Positions 16,951 to 24,570 of a stretch of 32,000 nucleotides of DNA are shown here, in pieces; positions within the stretch are counted from its first letter, which is position 1, and every line of letters begins with the position of its first letter. The translations under genes and the position numbers were made by a program. The notes under the pieces are model-generated. The model was not told where the DNA came from. It was given only the letters and a program-made list of their open reading frames with translations, and did not search any database. Origin of the DNA: Sedimentisphaerales bacterium (GTDB taxonomy: Bacteria; Planctomycetota; Phycisphaerae; Sedimentisphaerales; Anaerobacaceae); assembly GCA_049508795.1 (NCBI GenBank), contig JBELAN010000009.1, forward strand, positions 64,729 through 96,728, read 5' to 3'.

Positions 16951-18000
16951 TTAACCTATGGACTTATTATGGTCAACAAAAAAGTCTTTTGGCAAATGTG
17001 CACCTATTAAATGTATAACCACACCAGGCAAGGACCCAACAATCCAGAGGATTCGCTGTGAGGAAGCCAAAGCGAATGCCAGGTTTTCAGGCACCGCACA
17101 AACCTTGACAAACATCATTTTCAGCCACAATTCCATCACACCAACTCCGCCTACACTTATCGGCAACGTTCCCAACAACCAGGATATGGGGAAGAAAATA
17201 AAGTAATACTTGATATGTGCGGTAACACCCATATCTTTGCCTATCAGCCATATACCTATTATGCATACGCCCTGACAGGCAAAAGTCAGCAACAGGGCAT
17301 AACCAAGAGCAAGTTTCCTGCGGTAATATATATGAATCGCCATACGAATCTTGCGCAATCCTTCCAGGCCGCGTTCACGAATCAGCCCAAAAGCTCTACG
17401 TGACAAACCTCGTCCTTTCTCACTGCGCATAAAAACCACAGCAGCAAGCGCAACAGCCGCCGCTGTCCCGACAAGAAGCCATTTGTATGTTATTAAACGT
17501 GTCAGAAAATCACTGCCGAGAAATTTGGCCTCGAATTGCGGGCCGTTGTCCCCTGAAGGCAAAAACCAGTAAGAAAAAAAGGCCATAAAGACTATCCCAA
17601 CCAATCCTACTATCCTGTCAACAAATACACTCAATGCAGCTTCCAGTTTTCTTTCAGTGTGCTTGGTAACATACCATGCGCGAAGAACATCACCTCCCAC
17701 CGAACCCGGCAGGCAGTTGTTATAAAACAACCCGAGAAAATGTAGTCTCACAGCCGGCCAATACCCTATGTCAACAGACTGAACTCTCATCAACATGCAC
17801 CATCGCGTAACAAAAATCAATTGACCCACAATATAAGTGCCCAAACCTGTGGCAAAAATCCATAACCTTATCCCCAGCAATATCTTAATTACCTGCCGTA
17901 AATCAACCTTTCTGACTGCCAGATATAATGTAGCGGCGGCTATGAGAAAACGTAGCAGATATGATATGTATTTGCTTTTCTTGGTTTTGACTTCGGCCAT
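16951..18000 (-). CDS. flippase-like / lysylphosphatidylglycerol synthase TM-region (UPF0104) membrane protein
   Basis: 349 aa and polytopic, with about 8 hydrophobic segments. PGSVGGDVLRAWY is the conserved UPF0104 motif. Confidence 0.65.
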   Translation of the reverse strand: MAEVKTKKSKYISYLLRFLIAAATLYLAVRKVDLRQVIKILLGIRLWIFATGLGTYIVGQLIFVTRWCMLMRVQSVDIGYWPAVRLHFLGLFYNNCLPGSVGGDVLRAWYVTKHTERKLEAALSVFVDRIVGLVGIVFMAFFSYWFLPSGDNGPQFEAKFLGSDFLTRLITYKWLLVGTAAAVALAAVVFMRSEKGRGLSRRAFGLIRERGLEGLRKIRMAIHIYYRRKLALGYALLLTFACQGVCIIGIWLIGKDMGVTAHIKYYFIFFPISWLLGTLPISVGGVGVMELWLKMMFVKVCAVPENLAFALASSQRILWIVGSLPGVVIHLIGAHLPKDFFVDHNKSIG

Positions 18001-18095
18001 TAAACTAATTTGCCTTTAAAAACTTGTTTTCGCAAATAATAACCGGTAAATTGATAACTGACAATTGAAAACTGACTATTTGAGGAATCCGACAG

Positions 18096-18536
18096 ATGGC
18101 TGCAAAACAGAATATCGAAGAAGGTATCGACTTTACTCCAAAGTTTGATAGCAACGGCTTAATCAGGACAATCGCCCAGGATGCGAAAACCGGCCAGGTC
18201 CTGATGGCCGCTTTTATGAATCGGCAGGCACTTGACTTGACAATTCAGACAGGCTTTGCCACATACTTTAGCACATCGCGACAAAAATTGTGGAAAAAAG
18301 GCGAAGAAAGTGGACACTTCCAGAAAGTAGAGCAGATACTCGTCGATTGTGACCAGGATTGCCTGCTCCTCAAAGTAACAGTCGATGCCGGCCAATGTCA
18401 CGTAGGCTACCAGTCCTGTTTCTACCGGGCATTGAAAAAGGGCAGCAGCGATAAGCTCGAATTCATCGCAGAAAAAGTCTATAACCCAAAAGAAACCTAC
18501 AAAAAACAGAAAAATCGCAGGCCCACATATCCGTAG
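18096..18536 (+). CDS. hisI: phosphoribosyl-AMP cyclohydrolase
   Basis: MAAFMNRQALDLTIQTGFATYFSTSRQKLWKKGEESGHFQKV...DCDQDCLLLKV...CHVGYQSCF matches the HisI signature, including the Cys metal ligands. Confidence 0.9.
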   Translation: MAAKQNIEEGIDFTPKFDSNGLIRTIAQDAKTGQVLMAAFMNRQALDLTIQTGFATYFSTSRQKLWKKGEESGHFQKVEQILVDCDQDCLLLKVTVDAGQCHVGYQSCFYRALKKGSSDKLEFIAEKVYNPKETYKKQKNRRPTYP

Positions 18537-18660
18537 AACTTCGCATGGCATCGTAGCTCAAGAAAACCCACATTGAAAGTCGATATAGATACCTGTAAGC
18601 CGGCAGCTTCCGGTGGATACAAATACTGTTCACTAAACACTAAATTACCAGGAGCAAACG

Positions 18661-19440
18661 TTGACAAGAGTAATCGAAAAACGCCTTTCGTTGCACAAAC
18701 ACCTTGTAAATCAACAACAGCAAAACGACGCCTTAAAATCCCACCTAACTCACCTCCAGGCCCTTGCCAACATCGGCACCGCTACCTGTATGGTCGCACA
18801 CGAAATCAATAATTTACTCACACCTCTGGCTAATTTCGCAACTCTTGCCCTCAACAATCCCGATGATAAACTCTTATCCGAAAAGGCGCTTCAAAAAGTC
18901 GTCCGCAATTGCGAACGCGCCTCCAAAATTATGGAAAGTATGCTCACCATAGCAAATGGCCGGACGCAAAAACAGAAAAACACACCCCTGATTACTTTGG
19001 TCGAAGACATTTTTACCTGTCTGTGCCGGGATTTTGCAAAAGATGGTATAACTGTAAATATGCAGATTCCACAGGATTTGACAGTTTGGGCTATACCTAT
19101 TCAGATTCAACAGGTTTTAATGAATCTAATTCTCAATGCCCGCGATGCAATGCTGCCCCGTGGCGGCATTCTGACCATCAAGGCCTGGGACACTGCCGAT
19201 GCAGTTCAAATAGAGCTCACCGACACCGGCTGTGGAATTGAACCAGCTAACTTGAAAAAGATTTTCCAGCCGTTTTTCACTACAAAGGCAAATGAAAAAT
19301 CGCCGTCGCAGCACTCAGGTTCCGGACTTGGTCTTCTCTTTGTCAAAAGAATAATAGATGACCATAACGGCTTCGTTTCGGTCGAATCCAAACCAGCCAG
19401 TGGAACAACATTCAAAATAACACTGCCCAAACCACATTAA
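18661..19440 (+). CDS. cytoplasmic histidine kinase without sensor or TM domain (TTG start)
   Basis: H-box MVAHEINNLLTPL, N-box LILNARDAM, G1 DTGCGI and G2 GSGLGL are all present. AGGAG lies 6 nt upstream of the TTG. Confidence 0.85.
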   Translation: MTRVIEKRLSLHKHLVNQQQQNDALKSHLTHLQALANIGTATCMVAHEINNLLTPLANFATLALNNPDDKLLSEKALQKVVRNCERASKIMESMLTIANGRTQKQKNTPLITLVEDIFTCLCRDFAKDGITVNMQIPQDLTVWAIPIQIQQVLMNLILNARDAMLPRGGILTIKAWDTADAVQIELTDTGCGIEPANLKKIFQPFFTTKANEKSPSQHSGSGLGLLFVKRIIDDHNGFVSVESKPASGTTFKITLPKPH

Positions 19441-19472
19441 AGGTAACAACAAATAGTAACTCAAGCCATACC

Positions 19473-20879
19473 CTAATTATCGTCAATAATCGCTTTCGCT
19501 ATATCGTTGATTGCTTCTCGTGTCCCCCCCTTGGTTTTATTGGCCAGAATGGAAAATATATATTTCCCTCCCTTGCCGCTGCATATCCCTGAAAATGATG
19601 CAACGCCGCTGATATATCCGGTCTTGCCGAAAACTTTGCCCTTGTATTTTTCTTCTTTGAAATATTTGCCTATCGTTCCGTCTATCCCACCTGTCGCAAG
19701 CGAATTTTTATAAACATCCCAATTCTTGCTCTTATAGACGTCTAATAACACCTTCGTGATAGCATTTGCACTGAGTTTATTTTGCCTGCTCAGCCCGCTC
19801 CCGTCGTCGATATAAAATTCTCCCTTTTCAATCCCAAGTTCGAGCATGTACTTACTGATTAATTCCCGCCCTGCTGCCCAGCCGCCGTTTTTACCGTCCT
19901 GTGCAGCTTTGGCCGCAATGGTTTTAAAAAGTGCCTCCGCCGCCAAGCCGAGACTATTCTTGTTGCAGCGAACCAGACAATCGGTTACTGCGGTGCGATA
20001 TTCAGTAAGTCCTTTAAAATTGCAATCTTGAGGCATCGGCTTTTCAAGTATTTGTCCATCTACTTTAATTCCCGCCCCGGCTAAATGCTCCTGCAGCAAA
20101 AAACCAAAAAACTCGGCAGGTTTCTCAATCGCAACGTCGAACGGCCCTTCCTGCTTTTGGCACTTGCCTTTTATGCTGATGCTATTCGGCTTCTGATTGC
20201 GATACGCCCCCACCGCGCTTTTACCTGTCTGGATTGGCGTAACCTCATTGGTTATCTTTATAAAGCCGGTTTCCGGCTCGATGCCGACAGTTACTTTGCC
20301 GTTGGTATTTTTAACAGTTACCGCAATGCAATTGTCATTGAAATTGAGGCTGCTTACTTCGCAGGCGTACCATTGGTTTAATTGTTCCTTCGGCCAGTTC
20401 GGATGCACCCGTTCGTTATCAAATATACTGCTGTCGACGATAATGTCCTTGATGACTGTTATATTATTTTGTTTTAGTGCCGCCGTTATATCTTTAAATA
20501 TCCACCCCGGCTCTCTTTGGTATTTGGCATCCGTAACTTCGTCGCCCAATAGCGGATCGCCGCTCCCTTTTACTACTAACGTATCGCCGCAAAGACCGAC
20601 CTTTGTTTTAAACTCGTAATCCGGTCCTAAGTATTTCAATGTCGCTGCACCGGTAATTATCTTCATATTCGAAGCAGGTACCATTGCTTCGTTTGCATTA
20701 TGGCTATAAACCGCTTCTCCCGAATCTGCTTTTACTATGGCAATGGAGTATTGAACCTTTTTTTGGGAAGGTTGGTTGATAATACCGTCGATTCGCTCTG
20801 CCAGCTCCGCCGAAGCGGCGCTGACAAGACCGATGCTGAATATCGCCGCAGCTAATAATTTCTTCTTATGAAATTTCAT
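19473..20879 (-). CDS. dacB: D-alanyl-D-alanine carboxypeptidase/endopeptidase (PBP4, peptidase S13)
   Basis: SxxK motif PASNMKIIT, DGSGLSR and KTGY(I) (the KTG box) are present. I place the start at the ATG at 20879 (MKFHKKKLLAAAIFSIGLVSAASA is a signal peptide) rather than at 20900. Confidence 0.85.
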   Translation of the reverse strand: MKFHKKKLLAAAIFSIGLVSAASAELAERIDGIINQPSQKKVQYSIAIVKADSGEAVYSHNANEAMVPASNMKIITGAATLKYLGPDYEFKTKVGLCGDTLVVKGSGDPLLGDEVTDAKYQREPGWIFKDITAALKQNNITVIKDIIVDSSIFDNERVHPNWPKEQLNQWYACEVSSLNFNDNCIAVTVKNTNGKVTVGIEPETGFIKITNEVTPIQTGKSAVGAYRNQKPNSISIKGKCQKQEGPFDVAIEKPAEFFGFLLQEHLAGAGIKVDGQILEKPMPQDCNFKGLTEYRTAVTDCLVRCNKNSLGLAAEALFKTIAAKAAQDGKNGGWAAGRELISKYMLELGIEKGEFYIDDGSGLSRQNKLSANAITKVLLDVYKSKNWDVYKNSLATGGIDGTIGKYFKEEKYKGKVFGKTGYISGVASFSGICSGKGGKYIFSILANKTKGGTREAINDIAKAIIDDN

Positions 20880-21126
20880 AGTGCTGCAATTTATTACCAA
20901 AAATACTTACATAATTCAAGTAGAATGATAATTTCACGAGAACCACGACCCCCCAAAAACAAAAACAGGGCTGGGAGCGGAGGGAGAGGGAAAAAGCGAT
21001 ATAACCCAACCCTGATGATTGTTCCATTCATTTATGCCTCTATTGCCTGAAATTGTCAAGTAAAAAATTAATTTCTGGGGATATCCCCCCTTAAAGCTCC
21101 TAACAAACGAAAGGCGGTGTTGAAGC

Positions 21127-21154
21127 TTGACAGCGGCGGTTTTGACTCTAAAAT
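21127..21154 (+). promoter_or_regulatory. candidate promoter TTGACA-N16-TAAAAT ending 8 nt before the ATG at 21163
   Basis: Near-consensus hexamers read directly from the sequence. No Shine-Dalgarno sequence fits between the -10 element and the ATG. Confidence 0.35.
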
Positions 21155-21162
21155 CACAGTCT

Positions 21163-22104
21163 ATGGCTGATTCCATTCAACGGAAGAAAAAGAAGAAACA
21201 TAACCCTCTCAAGGATTTGCTGGCTTATCTTGCATTGCGTGTCCTTGTGGTGTTTCTTTATTTATTCAATGTCGAGACCAATCTGAATGCCGCTTGTTTT
21301 CTCGGCCGATTATTATGGAAATACTACCATCGCGGCCGCAACCGGGCCTTGGACAATCTTCGCGCAAGTTTCCCTGAAAAGAGCGAGCAATGGGTCTGGC
21401 AGACAGGCCGGCGAAGCTTCGAGCATATTGCAATGCTGGCGGTGGATGTGCTGTTCACGCCTCGATTAGTGAAAAGATATAACTGGCGGAATTACTCACG
21501 ATATAAAAATGCCGAGAGGACCAAATGGCTGATGCAGGAAGGCCAAGGGTTGCTGATAGTCGGAGCCCATTACAGCAATTTCGAAATTGTAGGTTACCTG
21601 ATGGGGTTGTTCGGTTTTAATGTCTATAGTATTGCCCGCCCCTTAGACAACAAGTTCATTAACAAGCACCTGTACGGAGTTCGCCGGCGGATGGGGCAAA
21701 AAATAATCGATAAAAAAGGAGCGGCTAATCTGATGGGAAAAGCTGCTTCGACCGGCGCAACTCTATGTTTTATCGCCGACCAGGATGCCGGCAAAAAAGG
21801 AATCTTTGTTGACTTCTTCGGCCGAAAAGCCAGCACCTATAAAAGCATAGGATTAATCGCTATCACCAATAATATACCCATCGTAGTAGGATACAACAGG
21901 AGGGTCGGAAACCGTTTTTACTTTGAAATGGGGGTTGAGCGTATTATTTTCCCTGAGGAATGGGCCGACAAGGACGACCCGCTTGAGTGGGTTACGGCAG
22001 AATACACCAAAGCAATTGAAAATTTCGTGCGTGAAGACCCGAGCCAATACTGGTGGCTCCATAGGAGATGGAAGCATCAGCCAAAAATAGCAAAACATAA
22101 GTAG
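21163..22104 (+). CDS. lysophospholipid/lipid A acyltransferase (LpxL/HtrB family)
   Basis: It has an N-terminal membrane anchor, the HX4E catalytic motif GAHYSNFEIVG and a C-terminal WWLHRRWK, which is typical of the family. The ATG at 21163 is preferred over the TTG at 21127, because that TTG coincides with the -35 hexamer. Confidence 0.75.
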   Translation: MADSIQRKKKKKHNPLKDLLAYLALRVLVVFLYLFNVETNLNAACFLGRLLWKYYHRGRNRALDNLRASFPEKSEQWVWQTGRRSFEHIAMLAVDVLFTPRLVKRYNWRNYSRYKNAERTKWLMQEGQGLLIVGAHYSNFEIVGYLMGLFGFNVYSIARPLDNKFINKHLYGVRRRMGQKIIDKKGAANLMGKAASTGATLCFIADQDAGKKGIFVDFFGRKASTYKSIGLIAITNNIPIVVGYNRRVGNRFYFEMGVERIIFPEEWADKDDPLEWVTAEYTKAIENFVREDPSQYWWLHRRWKHQPKIAKHK

Positions 22105-22127
22105 CAACAGATTGTGTTACATAAATA

Positions 22128-23420
22128 ATGAAATCGAAAATTCTCCTGTTAAATCCGCCGATTTATGATTTTGCCACTTACGATTTTTGGCTAAAGCCTT
22201 ATGGCATGTTAAGTATAGCAGGATACCTGCGCAACAAAGCCGATTTCATCCTCTTCGATTATCTCGACCGTCTGCATCCATTTATGGCCGGGCAAAAGGA
22301 GCTGCAATTTGACGAATGGGGGCGGGGTCGATTTTACTGCGAACAGGTTACAAGCCCCCCCTGCCTGATACAAATCCCAAGGTATTTTCGGCGGTTTGGC
22401 CTGCCCCGCAGTATGTTTCAGCATTTCTTGGCGAAACAACAGCCGTGCGATTTTATACTTGTTCAAACGATGATGACCTATTGGTATCCCGGCGTTCAGG
22501 AAATAATTGAGGACATCCGCCAATTCTGGCCAAAAGCAAAAATCATACTCGGCGGCAACTACGTTACACTCTGTTACAATCACGCACAAAAGTTGGGTGC
22601 GGATTTTTTGGTGCGGGACGCCGACTTACAACCGCTGTGGGGATATTTAAACATCACGCCGGACTTGAAACAGCCGGCTTTGTGGGAGGTTTATGAAAAA
22701 CTAAACGTCGGTGTTCTGAAACTGTCCGATGGTTGCCCTTTTAATTGCACCTACTGCTCGGTGCCTAAGGTTTACAGTAAATTCAGTGCCCGGCCGATGG
22801 AACACTCGCTTACCGAATTGCAGCTTCTGGCGAGGCGAGGAGTTAAAAATATCGCCTTCTATGATGATGCCCTGTTGTTCGATGCCGAAAAAGTCCTTAT
22901 ACCATTTTTAGAAGAAGGGTTGAAATATGAGATAAAGGTGAATTTCCATACGCCCAATGCCATTAATGCGCGTTTTATCACGAGCGAACTGGCCAAACTA
23001 ATGGTGCAGGCCGGATTTAAAACCTTTTATCTGGGTTTCGAGAGCGCTTCTACAGAATGGCAGCAGCGCACCGGCTCAAAAGTTTTTAGCGATGAACTTG
23101 TGCAGGCGGTCAAGCATCTTTTCGCCGCCGGAGCGGAGCCGACAAACATTACCGCATATCAGATTCTTGGGCATCCGCACGGTAACATTCAGGAGCTGGA
23201 GAAATCGATGCGTTTTGCGAATAGTCTGGGCATCCGCGGAATGCTGGCGGACTTCTCGCCGATACCAGGAACACCTGACGGCGAATACTGTCGCAAATGG
23301 GTGGATATGGATGAGCCGCTGTTCCACAACAAGACCGCATTTCCGAACATCCTGCTGGGCTTCGATGAAACAAACCGCCTCAAAGACCTCCAGCGACAGT
23401 TGAATCGAAGCATTGGTTAA
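22128..23420 (+). CDS. radical SAM protein with N-terminal B12-binding-like (class B) domain
   Basis: The CX3CX2C cluster motif is CPFNCTYCS. An N-terminal Rossmann-like segment, KILLLNPP...GMLSIAGYL, is typical of B12-binding-domain radical SAM enzymes. Confidence 0.8.
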   Translation: MKSKILLLNPPIYDFATYDFWLKPYGMLSIAGYLRNKADFILFDYLDRLHPFMAGQKELQFDEWGRGRFYCEQVTSPPCLIQIPRYFRRFGLPRSMFQHFLAKQQPCDFILVQTMMTYWYPGVQEIIEDIRQFWPKAKIILGGNYVTLCYNHAQKLGADFLVRDADLQPLWGYLNITPDLKQPALWEVYEKLNVGVLKLSDGCPFNCTYCSVPKVYSKFSARPMEHSLTELQLLARRGVKNIAFYDDALLFDAEKVLIPFLEEGLKYEIKVNFHTPNAINARFITSELAKLMVQAGFKTFYLGFESASTEWQQRTGSKVFSDELVQAVKHLFAAGAEPTNITAYQILGHPHGNIQELEKSMRFANSLGIRGMLADFSPIPGTPDGEYCRKWVDMDEPLFHNKTAFPNILLGFDETNRLKDLQRQLNRSIG

Positions 23421-23478
23421 GGATGGTTGATTATCATCAGGCCGATTATATAATGTAAGTGACGATAAGGAGTAAATA

Positions 23479-24570
23479 GTGAAAAGAAAAAGGTCGATTG
23501 CGATTCTCACCGGCGGCGGCGATTGCCCCGGGACAAACGCGGTAATCAGAGCGGTTGCAAAAAAAGCGATTCTCGAACTCGGAATAGAGGTCATCGGCAT
23601 TGAGGACGGATTCGAGGGGCTTATTAACCGCAAGTGGAGAAAGCTTCATTACGAGGATGTCTCTGGAATTTTGACAATCGGCGGCACGATATTAGGCACA
23701 TCCAACAAGTCCGACCCCTACAGATATGCCGTCGAAAAGGGAAAGTCACTGCGGTTTCGTAACGTCTCGAAAACGGTTATTGCAAACCTGAAAAAGCTCG
23801 ATGTTGAGTGTCTGGTGTGCATCGGCGGTGATGGGACTTTATTCATCGCAAACAGATTGCATAAGGGTGGTGTCCCCATTGTGGCTGTGCCTAAGACCAT
23901 AGACAATGATTTGCGCGGGACGGATGTTACGTTTGGTTTTGATACTGCTGTTTCGATTGCAGCCGAAGCCATCGACCGGGTTCACACCACTGCCCAGTCG
24001 CACCATCGAGTGATGATTGTCGAGGTGATGGGCCGGACCGCTGGCTGGATAGCACTATATTCGGGGGTCGCAGGCGGAGGCGACATAATCCTTATCCCCG
24101 AAATTCCTTACGATATTGAATCTGTGGCCAGCAAAGTCAAAGACAGGAATAGAATGGGCAAAAGATTCAGCATAGTGGTTGTTTCCGAGGGAGCAAAGCC
24201 GAAAGGCGGCGATGTCGTAATACAGAAAATTGTAAAGAACAGCCCTGAGCAAGTTCGTCTGGGCGGGATAAGTTTTGTGCTTGGACATCAGATAGAACAG
24301 GTAACCGGTATAGAGACACGTCAGGTTGTGCTGGGGCATTTGCAGCGAGGCGGCTCTCCGACGCCGACCGACAGGGTCCTTGCGACCCGGCTTGGAACGA
24401 AAGCGGTTGAGCTGATTGAGACCAGACAGTTTGGATATATGGCAGCGGTGAAAGGAAACGACGTTGTTGCTGTTAAGCTCGAAGAGATTGCCAAAGGCCC
24501 CCGAAATGTCCCGCTCGAACATCCGCTGATAATATCTGCACGGTCCGTCGGCACGTGCTTCGGCGATTAA
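23479..24570 (+). CDS. pfkA: ATP-dependent 6-phosphofructokinase (GTG start)
   Basis: GGDCPGTNAVIR, IGGDGT, PKTIDND, MGRTAGW and LGHLQRGG are all present. The Gly in GGDGT favours ATP over PPi as the phosphoryl donor. AAGGAG lies 6 nt upstream of the GTG. Confidence 0.9.
   Translation: MKRKRSIAILTGGGDCPGTNAVIRAVAKKAILELGIEVIGIEDGFEGLINRKWRKLHYEDVSGILTIGGTILGTSNKSDPYRYAVEKGKSLRFRNVSKTVIANLKKLDVECLVCIGGDGTLFIANRLHKGGVPIVAVPKTIDNDLRGTDVTFGFDTAVSIAAEAIDRVHTTAQSHHRVMIVEVMGRTAGWIALYSGVAGGGDIILIPEIPYDIESVASKVKDRNRMGKRFSIVVVSEGAKPKGGDVVIQKIVKNSPEQVRLGGISFVLGHQIEQVTGIETRQVVLGHLQRGGSPTPTDRVLATRLGTKAVELIETRQFGYMAAVKGNDVVAVKLEEIAKGPRNVPLEHPLIISARSVGTCFGD

Noticed and set aside
23076-23633. 185-aa ORF on the - strand spanning the radical SAM 3' end, the spacer and the pfkA 5' end
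   Set aside because: It is antisense to two genes with clear family motifs and RBSs, and it shows no motifs of its own.
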